From Amoeboradix gromovi X-113 (Eukaryota; Fungi; Sanchytriomycota): 23,959 bases of DNA. The notes below the pieces were generated by a model, which saw nothing but the letters and a program-made list of their open reading frames with translations, did no database searches and had not been told where the DNA came from. The DNA is taken from positions 1 through 23,959 of the forward strand of contig JADGIF010000064.1 in the NCBI GenBank assembly GCA_018985225.1, in the 5' to 3' direction. Below are positions 1 through 8,860 of this stretch, one piece after another. Each line of letters begins with the position of its first letter. Position 1 is the stretch's first letter. Both the position numbers and the translations under genes were made by a program.

Positions 1-286
1 GGTGATAAAATACCAGTACCAATAAAAAGAAGTCCTATGATATTGAGAGTTGTTTATTTTTTGTCTTGTTCACTTTCACGCCAACGGCAGTTTTTTGTCA
101 TTTTACGCGTGCCGTACAGATGCGATTTCTGGATTTATACTTGGATCCTGATAGACGATACTTGGGACATCATTTTTGCGTAGAGCATTTGTGGTTTTGA
201 CTTAAATGCTAAAATAAAGTTAATACTCAAGAAACTCGCAGTCTTAGATAAAAATCATTGAAGCGTATTATGCTGAAACTATTTAT

Positions 287-781
287 TTATAATTCCCCAC
301 AATCTGAGATAACAATCTTCTTTGAAGTCGTACCTGATGCAGTGCCAAAAGACTCGATTTTTTTAACAACATCTAATCCATCAATGACTTTACCAAAAAC
401 AACATGCTTGCCATCTAACCATTCAGTTTTAACTGTAGTGATGAAAAACTGACTTCCGTTGGTGTTTGGGCCTGCATTGGCCATGCTTAATTGGCCTGCT
501 GTAGTATGCTTCAACTTGAAGTTTTCATCATTAAATCTAGCACCGTAGATACTCTTACCACCGGTTCCATTATGGTTGGTAAAATCACCACCCTGCAACA
601 TAAATTGCGGGATAACACGATGGAAACAACTTCCTTTGTAGCCGAATTTTTTTTCACCAGTACAAAGAGCTCTGAAGTTCTCAGCTGTCTTGGGTACAAC
701 ATCTGAGTTTAACTCCATGACAATTTTTCCCAACGGTTGTCCATCTGCGGTAACTTGGAAGAAAACTCGAGGCAATGACAT
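287..781 (-). CDS. CPR1: Cyclophilin A-type peptidyl-prolyl cis-trans isomerase (164 aa)
   Basis: Canonical motifs [58 protein letters not shown]. First ATG at 781; the ORF track start at 796 is TTG. Confidence 0.97.
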   Translation of the reverse strand: MSLPRVFFQVTADGQPLGKIVMELNSDVVPKTAENFRALCTGEKKFGYKGSCFHRVIPQFMLQGGDFTNHNGTGGKSIYGARFNDENFKLKHTTAGQLSMANAGPNTNGSQFFITTVKTEWLDGKHVVFGKVIDGLDVVKKIESFGTASGTTSKKIVISDCGEL

Positions 782-930
782 GGTCACAAGGGACAAGTTG
801 CAAAAATGAAAGTCACGAAATTATTTTTTGCCAACTGAGACATGCAATCAGAAATTGACCCCATTAAATTGAATAGAAGGTTTGATTCATGCACAAAATG
901 TATGCCCGAGAGGGATCGTTGCATCGAAGT

Positions 931-1197
931 TCAATTTTTGAGATTCAGGTTTCTCATTTCTAAGATAAATTTGTTTTCATGATCTTTCTTAGCAAGGTCA
1001 AAAATTCCGCTAACCACTTTGTCTGTCTTCGCTTTCTTAATCTTCTCGTCTTGACGGAATAAAACTTTTTCCGAGTTCATTGAAGATGAATTATTCGAGA
1101 GACATGAACTCTTATTAAGAGATTTTAGGTGTAGATCTTTAATAATTTTCAATTTCTTTTTGGGCCTTTGAGAAGGAATAGGAACCCATCGCTTTGT
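931..1197 (-). CDS. Small basic hypothetical protein (~88 aa)
   Basis: Open frame from ATG (MTKRWVPIPSQRPKKKLK...) with an NLS-like basic patch. No family recognised. Confidence 0.35.
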   Translation of the reverse strand, partial: TKRWVPIPSQRPKKKLKIIKDLHLKSLNKSSCLSNNSSSMNSEKVLFRQDEKIKKAKTDKVVSGIFDLAKKDHENKFILEMRNLNLKN

Positions 1198-2141
1198 CAT
1201 TACATGTCTCAATTATCAAGTTTGATTAAAGAAACCATTTGTTGTAATTAAATGAGTTAAATCGCTCTGATGTACTCTCTTTCTAGATTTTTATTACTGA
1301 ATATAAACTCGATAATCTTTCTTTTAATCAATTAAGAACGATCTCGGGACTCGTAATCCAGAATACACTAGCATCTAAGTGATACTAATAGATACCGAGT
1401 ATACACATCTATGCTTAGGAACTGAGTAAGAAGACAAGATGTATTTTATGTCCATTGCCCTGTTTTTTAGTGAAAATAGGCAAAAATCGTGCATAGGAAA
1501 GACCTTCAAGATGAATCTTAAGAGCAAGAAAGATTTTTGATGGGTTAAAAACTAGTTATAGTGCGGAAACCAGTATTGCCATCGTTATATTCGGCTATTT
1601 TAAAAAATCCATGTTTCAGGAGTTTATGCAGTTAAAATAGTTAATGCGATTGCCCTGTGATGCAAAGAGACTGTCTTGAGTTATAAATTGCTTCATAGTG
1701 GTTGACTTGAACTATATGCGGTATTCTGGAAAATAATTTGCAGAACGCACATGCTTATACTGTGATTTCAAGGTGGATAGTGACCACGTGGCAGCAAGGA
1801 TCACTTGCGTTGTGCATCCTTCTTAGTCGTGTCTCAGGGTGTGTTAGTGTGAGCAATCACCGCAAGAGAGCGACTGACGGTACTAGTTTTTCTGCAAATT
1901 CTTGATTCTCAGGCCAGGGCTTTGGACGAGTTTAAAGATGCTAGTTTAATCATTGTACAAAGTCCTCGTCAATACTTATTCTCGTGTCATACTTACATCT
2001 ACTTGTGAAGGGCCTTAATTCATGTGCTAGAGACATAAATGCCAAGATGCATTGTGGTGTAATTTAAGTAAATGAGTTTATTTTACTATGCATTCAGCTC
2101 AACGATGAGATATAATTTTATTCAGATCCTGTAAAAGTACG

Positions 2142-2657
2142 TTATTGAATGCTGCAACAGGATTTAGACCTACCATATTCACTCAGATATTTAATTTGAA
2201 CATTGTTGAATGCTCTTTTCCTATATTTGCGAATATACTCAATACTCTCAATCGGATCCATACCTCTGTGAATAAACGCTAAAGCAGTGAGAACTGGAGC
2301 CCTTCCAATCCCAGAAACGCAATGGATGGCAATGGTTTCCGAGTCACAAATGGAATCAATAATTTTAAACCACAATGCAACTTGAGCCTGAGAAGGAACA
2401 CCACCATCAACAAACTTTATTTCATCGTGAATTTCAATTTTAGCATCACTGTAAGGAATAGTGCTGTAAGAGTTTTGGCAAAGACGAAAAACGTGATGAA
2501 TCTGAAGTTGCTTTAGTTTGGAAATGGTCCAGTGGCAGTGAGCATCATCGGGGCAATGCATTATTACAACCTTTAGATTTTTAAATGGTATTACCTCTGA
2601 TATGGCATTTGCAGGAATTCCTTCAGAAAGAAATTCAGATTTGAATTTATCCGGCAT
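2142..2657 (-). CDS. PTP4A: PRL/PTP4A-type prenylated protein tyrosine phosphatase
   Basis: P-loop HCVSGIGRAP (PRL: HCVAGLGRAP), FRLCQ (PRL back-door Cys motif VRVCE), FVDGGVP loop, IRKYRKRAFN, C-terminal CaaX CSIQ. Confidence 0.92.
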   Translation of the reverse strand: MPDKFKSEFLSEGIPANAISEVIPFKNLKVVIMHCPDDAHCHWTISKLKQLQIHHVFRLCQNSYSTIPYSDAKIEIHDEIKFVDGGVPSQAQVALWFKIIDSICDSETIAIHCVSGIGRAPVLTALAFIHRGMDPIESIEYIRKYRKRAFNNVQIKYLSEYGRSKSCCSIQ

Positions 2658-3532
2658 GAGGTTTCAGAAATTAGAAAAATGTGGCATGTTTGATTCTTCT
2701 CCTTGTCAATAGTCCTGATTTCCCAGAATATCGAGAATTTTACAGAGAAACTAGCAATGCTAGTAAATTTGTTACAGTAATTTCTCACGCTTTCACTACC
2801 CTGAGATGGGATTGAATAACGGTGTATACACTTGATGTATACATTCCTGCCATATGGTATCTATCTCCAAATGACAATTGGTACAAGTGTAACTCTCCAA
2901 ATTGTTTTTCTTTAGAATATTGCACCTTGTACATGCATAACAAGTATTAAGATATCGTGTTGTTGCACAGTTGGTAAGACCAAAGACATACTAATTACTA
3001 AATAAATGGTTTTAAGATTTATTTATCGTTGATCTCTTTCCCGGCGATAAAAGACACCCAATTATTCCATGCTTGGACTAGGTTCTAAACGTTGATGAAT
3101 GTATGCTGTAACCGTTAGTTATTTCTTTAGATTTGACATGTTCAGGATTAAATCCATTGATTCCATTTACCATTAGTGAAAAGGAAGAATGTCGAGTATT
3201 TAAGCTATTGGAAAAGTCTTGAAATTATACAAAAATGCATACAAATTCGCGATAAATGATTTATTCAAGAAAATAATCGAGCTGTACTAATTTTCAAGTA
3301 AGATAGTTGGTAAGAACTGAGGCCTATAGGCTAAACGTGTTAGTAGGCTTGTGCCTCTAGTTTGTATCACTTTATGCGGCTATTCAGGTCATCAGTTTCT
3401 TGATGATATCGTAGGAAAACAGCAGTAACTTCAATCAGCATATCTTAAATGTTCAGTTATGATTAGTTCTCGTGAAAAATGATTTCTTGAATACTCTGCA
3501 GGAAAAATCTCTCTTTGTTCCTGGAATCTGGT

Positions 3533-3949
3533 ATGTTCATTGCTCAAGTATCTGGGTTAATGCAGTATGCAGTGGGGATAGATTGTTATAATTTCTATTT
3601 GTGGAAAGCTTTCAATCCTACTTTGAACTGCAGCAGAGCAATGACATGGGACTGCAAAAAAGTAGAAAATTCGTCAAATACCACTCAATTATTGTGCAAC
3701 GATACAGGTTTAACAACTATATTCAAGCAAGACACCTTCACATGGAGCCACAAGAATGTAAGTTACGCAGTTGTTGCAGACGGAAGGTGTTACTTAGATC
3801 CATTAACTAGCAAAGGTTATGTCTCAAACTGCACTCACGTCGAAGAATGTCATTTATGCTCATCCTGCAGCGTTCTGAATACTACAGGTAGTTGTTTATC
3901 AGCAGCTCAAACAAGTGGTGGTAGCAGCGTTGTATGGAAATTGTTTTAG
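3533..3949 (+). CDS. Small cysteine-rich, probably secreted protein
   Basis: ATG-initiated hydrophobic leader MFIAQVSGLMQYAVG, ~10 Cys and many N-x-S/T sequons (NCS, NSS, NTT, NDT, NVS, NCT). Start is uncertain. Confidence 0.55.
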   Translation: MFIAQVSGLMQYAVGIDCYNFYLWKAFNPTLNCSRAMTWDCKKVENSSNTTQLLCNDTGLTTIFKQDTFTWSHKNVSYAVVADGRCYLDPLTSKGYVSNCTHVEECHLCSSCSVLNTTGSCLSAAQTSGGSSVVWKLF

Positions 3950-4519
3950 TAAATTATCATTTTTATAAACACCAAACCAACTGGATCTCTACAATATCAA
4001 CCTTGCAATTTAATACCTATTCAAAATCAGATAAATTGTAGGCATTCACACTTAACATTCCGGCACTGTTGCAAGGCCTACCTATTAAAAGGAAATCAAT
4101 CTATATTCAATAAGACATTATTAATATTTTTCAGCACGATCAATGTTATCTAGTGCGGCTTGCAATAGTGTATTTTGTGAATTATTAGTCTTGAATTCTT
4201 CATAGCTAGTTTTAGAAGGCTCTTCCTAAATGACGGAAACGTAAACGTTTTTAGTATTTTACTGAATTCCATAGCAACTAGTTTTTAGAATAAACATCTT
4301 TCGAAGCATCAAAGGAGCCAAGAACTTAACAAAAGCATGGCTAATTACTTCAACATCTAACTCTGTGGTAGAGTTTGTCATAATTTGAATGAGAGCATCT
4401 ATCGCACTAAATTGTGAAATTTATTTACTACTCTAAAATATTATTTGTAGTGCCTATGGTGTTTTATGTGTTAACAATATATCTATATTCTTTATAGGAT
4501 TGAGAATATTCAAGGCCGG

Positions 4520-7366
4520 ATGGTTTTGCAAATAGGAGATACTTTTTTACAAAATGAGATACTTTCTGTATTAGTAGAAATAAAGGGAGCGGAAGTACTA
4601 ATACTGCGAGGCAAGAGAGTGGAATGGGTAAATGAAAAGAATGTAGTTAATTTGGGACCTAAAATAGAAAATGGTAACTCATTTTTAGAATTTGGAAAAC
4701 TATACAAGGCCAGGTCAGCATACAAGCAAAATGAGGAAGACGAGTTAAGTATAGAAGTAGGAGATTTAGTCCAACTTCTAGCTCCCATAGATGATGGTTG
4801 GGCTCTTACTAGAAAAATCATAAATAATCAAGTGGGCTTTGTAAAATTTGAAATAATGGAAGTGATAAGTAAACAGCATTACGCGATAATGGAATATTAC
4901 CAGACTCAAGTAGACTATATTAGAGATCTACAGACCATAAAAGATGAGTTTATTCAACCTTTAACTCAAAGAAAGATTTTACAAGAAAAAAAATTATTTC
5001 AAATCATTTTTGGAAATATTTGCGAAGTATTAGATGTTGAAATGATTGTATTACAAGAGTTGGACGCTCTTAAACTCTCAAATAGTTTAGACATCACTCA
5101 CATTTGTGATTTAATTTCTAGTCATATCAATTCTTATTTTGTATACATTTCGTACGGCTCTAACAACCAAGAACAATTAAAGAAACTAAAAGAAATTTCT
5201 CAGTCTCATAAAATTTTCAAGGGCTTCCTAGATGAGAAATACAAGTCAAACATTCTTAAAGGACTTGATCTAGCAAGCTATTTGATTAAACCTGTCCAAC
5301 GTATTTGTAAGCTGCCTCTATTATTGAGAGAGATGAAGCAAAACACTTGTATTGATATAATAACCTCCACTATGACGAAACTAGAGTTTCTGATATGTGT
5401 TGTGAATGAGAGTGCTCGCAAACCTTTCAGTGTAATTCCAAGTACTATGTTAGCAGATAGCTTTTCAGAATTAAGACAAATAGACAGGGTTTTGTTGCGA
5501 ACCTACGATTGTCGAATCTTCTTCAAACAATCAAAAAAAAATGTCAAAATATATGTTTTTAATGATGTTATATACACACAACATAAAGACCTTAAGAAAT
5601 CTTACACATTTAAATTAAAGGAGTGCGAAATTGGAAATGTTCCAGACTCTGAAAACAACACTCTCTGTGTATTAGAAGTAAGCGAAGACGATTTGAGCAA
5701 ACTATTTATAATTCACTTTAGCAATGACAAACAAAAACTAGACTTTATAGACATCTTAAGGAGACTCTGCTTCTTAAATATTGGCGAATACTCAATGGAT
5801 ATGATTCAAAAGCACTATTTAATCAGTAAAGCAACATTCAGTGAGCTAGATGACGGCTCGCTTACTTTACTTGAAAAAGATAACGAGGCAGTACCTTTGT
5901 CTGCTGGCTCATCAATTTCGAGACGTAAATCAGTTCTCAAGACTTTGTCGCCGGTGGGTTTGATGGAAATTGAAAAACAGCTTTTGAAGAATAAGACAGA
6001 AACCGAAATACTAAAAAGCGAGAAAATTCATACAGAAAAGATAATTTTAGACCTGCAACTAGAACTTGAAGTTATTAGGGAGAAGTTTGCTGGCCTCGAA
6101 GATCAAAACTTGAAATTAAAAGCGCAAATTGAAACAGCTGATAGTTTCAAATTTGAGTGGGCTGAGAATGATGAAAGAGATGACAAAATTGAATACCTTA
6201 ATTGCATAATACAGCAGCTACGACTAGAAGCAGAATTAGTGTCATCATCACAGAGTGAAGTTGCGACAAGTTTGGAACAAGAAAAGACTCAAAACACTAT
6301 GCTCTCTCAGCATCTGAATTCTTTGTTAGATGAGATAGAGGACAAGGAAAAACAAATAAACAAATTGAGACTGACTGAATCTGTTACTAATGAAAATTGT
6401 ACGAAATTGCAAAAGTTATTGGAGACTGCTCAAAAACAAAATAACCTACTTGAGAGAGAGAACTACGAGAAGCTCGGTGTAATTAGCACCCTTCATGACG
6501 ACTTGGAATCATCATTAGCTCAAAAGACCGCGCTCTATGACTCTTTGAATAATGAAATACGGCAGAACATAGAGTTAAAAGATGAAGTCTCTAGAGCAGA
6601 GAATGCACAGGCTGATATATTTGCCAAAATGCAAACAATGGAAGTACAATTAAACAGGCAAAATGAGTTAATTGAGAATTACAAATCAAACGACAATGAG
6701 AGCATAATTAGAGACCTAAGTACAGATAACCAACAGCTGAATAGTATACTTCAACAAGCTACTATCGAAGTAAATAGTTTAAATAGCATCATAACCAGCC
6801 AAACTGCAAATCAATCAGAAATAATAATGCAGAAAGAATCAGAATTGGAAGAGCTAAAGCAGACTCATCGCAAATCGTTAAGCAATTTGATGAATGAGAA
6901 CAATGGCAAAAACATTCTGATTTTACAGTTGGAAAAGGAGTTATCTAACTCGCAAATAAAAAGTCAACATTATGCAAGTGAAATAAGAATATTGAATGAT
7001 TTGCTGACAGTGCTAACAAAAACAAACCAAGAGAGGACAGATTTGAAATCATTTTTAGACGAAAAATTAGAATTGTTAAAAAGCCAACAAGTACAACAAT
7101 TCGGAAGCAGTATCGTATTACTACAAAAGTTGAACAGCGATCTTAATAAAATAAACCATCAGAACTCATATCTGACTGCCACTCTGAGTAAATACAAATT
7201 CACGACGACTTTGTTATTGGAATGGTTTGAAAAAATATTACCTCCAAAATTAGATAAGCAGGAATTGGTACGATTAATCGAGTATGCAAGTGACTTGATT
7301 AATCTATATGCTGATATTAAAGATGATAACTTGATATTGATTGAAAAATTAAAATTAAATCAATAA
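4520..7366 (+). CDS. SH3 - DH (RhoGEF) - PH - long coiled-coil protein
   Basis: SH3: YKARSAYKQNEEDELSIEVGDLVQLL..DDGW..GFV. DH: IMEYYQTQVDYIRDL, IFGNI, LASYLIKPVQRICKLPLLLREM. PH-like region: IYVFNDVI. C-terminal ~450 aa are heptad-rich. An upstream exon is possible. Confidence 0.9.
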   Translation: MVLQIGDTFLQNEILSVLVEIKGAEVLILRGKRVEWVNEKNVVNLGPKIENGNSFLEFGKLYKARSAYKQNEEDELSIEVGDLVQLLAPIDDGWALTRKIINNQVGFVKFEIMEVISKQHYAIMEYYQTQVDYIRDLQTIKDEFIQPLTQRKILQEKKLFQIIFGNICEVLDVEMIVLQELDALKLSNSLDITHICDLISSHINSYFVYISYGSNNQEQLKKLKEISQSHKIFKGFLDEKYKSNILKGLDLASYLIKPVQRICKLPLLLREMKQNTCIDIITSTMTKLEFLICVVNESARKPFSVIPSTMLADSFSELRQIDRVLLRTYDCRIFFKQSKKNVKIYVFNDVIYTQHKDLKKSYTFKLKECEIGNVPDSENNTLCVLEVSEDDLSKLFIIHFSNDKQKLDFIDILRRLCFLNIGEYSMDMIQKHYLISKATFSELDDGSLTLLEKDNEAVPLSAGSSISRRKSVLKTLSPVGLMEIEKQLLKNKTETEILKSEKIHTEKIILDLQLELEVIREKFAGLEDQNLKLKAQIETADSFKFEWAENDERDDKIEYLNCIIQQLRLEAELVSSSQSEVATSLEQEKTQNTMLSQHLNSLLDEIEDKEKQINKLRLTESVTNENCTKLQKLLETAQKQNNLLERENYEKLGVISTLHDDLESSLAQKTALYDSLNNEIRQNIELKDEVSRAENAQADIFAKMQTMEVQLNRQNELIENYKSNDNESIIRDLSTDNQQLNSILQQATIEVNSLNSIITSQTANQSEIIMQKESELEELKQTHRKSLSNLMNENNGKNILILQLEKELSNSQIKSQHYASEIRILNDLLTVLTKTNQERTDLKSFLDEKLELLKSQQVQQFGSSIVLLQKLNSDLNKINHQNSYLTATLSKYKFTTTLLLEWFEKILPPKLDKQELVRLIEYASDLINLYADIKDDNLILIEKLKLNQ

Positions 7367-7393
7367 ATTTCTATTTTCACATAATTTGCAGAT

Positions 7394-7421
7394 GGGACAT
7401 CAAATATAAAAACTGGACTAA
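7394..7421 (+). repeat. Left terminal inverted repeat (core)
   Basis: gggacatcaaatataaaaactggactaa; its reverse complement differs from 8026-8053 at 2 positions. Confidence 0.92.
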
Positions 7422-7451
7422 CTTTCTGTAACAACTTGGAACATTATTTAA

Positions 7452-8018
7452 GAAGCGAGTGGACATTCAGCTAGTTGCGGAGTTGACGAGTATGAAAGTA
7501 AAATAAACAACTTTTTGTATAGAAATTTCAAAAATAAATATTCTGTACAGCTATTCTCTTACTACCAATTCATAATAGGGTATATTTTCATTTAATCTTG
7601 CCCATAAGTAGAGACCTTTCCTAATAAAGTTATGGCCAAGAGAATGCAAAAGCTTTCATACACCAGTAAATCAAAGAAGAAAAAGCCGGACACTGACATT
7701 GAAGAAGATTTAGTTCTTGGAACAGTTAAAACGAAATTGAAATTCGGCAAGACAAGAGTCAGGGAGACTGTCCATAGAGTACACTTCAAGGAAATAGACA
7801 AGAGTAATGATGTTAGTATAACATTACAAAATGACTCTAGAAAAGAGTACCGTCTAAGAAAATGCACCTTTTGCTTAGATGCTCAAAGACCTCATATATT
7901 TGAAAGAGATGCAGGGTCTTCTAGTTTTATTTTGAAGAGGGGAATACAATTAATGAAAGAAAATTGGTATAATAGAAGATCTTTTATTAATAATTTCCTC
8001 CGTATGGAGCACCTTTAA
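7452..8018 (+). pseudogene. Fanzor1/TnpB-like nuclease C-terminal fragment (degenerate RuvC-II, zinc finger, RuvC-III)
   Basis: One frame reads EASGHSASCGVDEYESKINNFLYRNFKNKYSVQLFSYYQFIIGYIFI*SCP*VETFPNKV-MAKR...EYRLRKCTFCLDAQRPHIFERDAGSSSFILKRG. CxxC...RD..S..I matches the TnpB/Fanzor RuvC-III motif (CxxC...RDxNAAxNI), with Asp at 7908-7910. It has two in-frame stops (7593, 7605) and lacks the N-terminal domains. Confidence 0.7.
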
Positions 8019-8085
8019 AAACGATTTAGTCTAGTTTTTATATTTGGTGTCCCATTTGGTAAACTAGATTAGCGATGATATTCAG
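7959..8085 (+). ncRNA. Candidate Fanzor omega-RNA (right-end RNA): scaffold plus flank-derived guide
   Basis: Hairpins at 7970-7989 (extendable to 7961-7996) and 7998-8009 overlap the ORF end immediately inside the right TIR. Position is as known for TnpB reRNA and Fanzor omega-RNA. Boundaries are inferred. Confidence 0.4.
8026..8053 (-). repeat. Right terminal inverted repeat (core)
   Basis: ttagtctagtttttatatttggtgtccc, inverse of 7394-7421. Confidence 0.92.
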
Positions 8086-8126
8086 CCATTCAAGATCAAT
8101 AGTTTATTCCATTAAAATCCCGAACT

Positions 8127-8160
8127 ATAATTTGGGACATATTGCAGTACTAGACTAAAT
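8127..8160 (+). repeat. Degenerate third copy of the left TIR
   Basis: ataatttgggacat...actagactaaat shares ataatttg, tgggaca and a perfect 12-nt inverse match to 8024-8035. Confidence 0.5.
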
Positions 8161-8860
8161 TCTTTAAGACTTGTATCAAACTGTGGATCCAGCAGAGCAA
8201 AGTTGCCCTATATCTTACTAAGCGCGCTCTAGATTATAATACGGTGTTACGAATTCCTTTTCTTTAGCAGTTAGGTCTCTCACGACTGCTCAAGAGACTC
8301 CATATGGCCAGAGAGATATTATGACACGCAGTCATCTCTTGATCCAAGAATACATCAGACTGGGTTCGCTCGCATGAACACAGACCTCTATGAGATCGCT
8401 GAACTATCTTAGACTTGCCTATCTATCGCCACTGCCATAGCTGTATTTGGAGTTCATGGGTACAGAGATAAGCAGCACTCAAGTCTTGGTATCAAATAAA
8501 TAGGCTAGATTATTGCTTGGTATATCGCTATAGCCTTTTCTGTACTACTTTGTAGCTCAGTCACCGTAGCGTACAGCTTTCGAAGACCATCTTTAACTTT
8601 CTCACGAAATATGTTTTTTCTCTGTTATTGCGCCTTATGGTGCAAGCCAACGTGTTAGCAAAGAGAAACGCTCCCGATCAGATCAGCTAATTGGTGGCTG
8701 CAACTCGCTTATGTTGTTGTACGCTCTTTATTCTCTTAGCTGCCCAACTACGCATTTTCTTCTAGAATCGGGCAAAGACGCTTACTTTGTGGAGTTTCGG
8801 ATGTGATCACCAATTTTCTAGACCTCCTCATTACCCTTTCTAGTTAGTCCTACAAAAAGC

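Larger units (their letters stand above)
7384..8064 (+). mobile_element. Non-autonomous TIR DNA transposon carrying a Fanzor (TnpB-like) remnant
   Basis: Core TIRs 7394-7421 and 8026-8053 match at 26/28. They extend imperfectly to 7384/8064, where both ends are flanked by TA. The interior encodes Fanzor-like C-terminal motifs, and a second copy lies at the window end. Confidence 0.85.

Noticed and set aside
162-172. tgggacatca matching the TIR start
   Set aside because: Only ~10 nt with no further similarity, which is compatible with chance.
258-706. Small ORFs overlapping cyclophilin, and similar shadow ORFs at 2322, 4510, 7592, 8914, 9108, 9441, 10169, 10950, 13403, 14180, 19207, 19541 and 22045
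   Set aside because: Antisense or alternate-frame shadows of better-supported genes.
8552-8600. gtagctcagt... resembling a tRNA D-arm
   Set aside because: No GG in the D-loop, no T-arm GTTCRA at the right spacing, and no acceptor stem.
8041-8860. Long frames containing only TAA/TAG stops (also 16501-17050), hinting at stop-codon reassignment as in Amoeboaphelidium
   Set aside because: Conserved genes here terminate at TAA at their expected C-termini and have no internal TAA/TAG. TGA is sparse in these stretches, so its absence from one frame is not significant.
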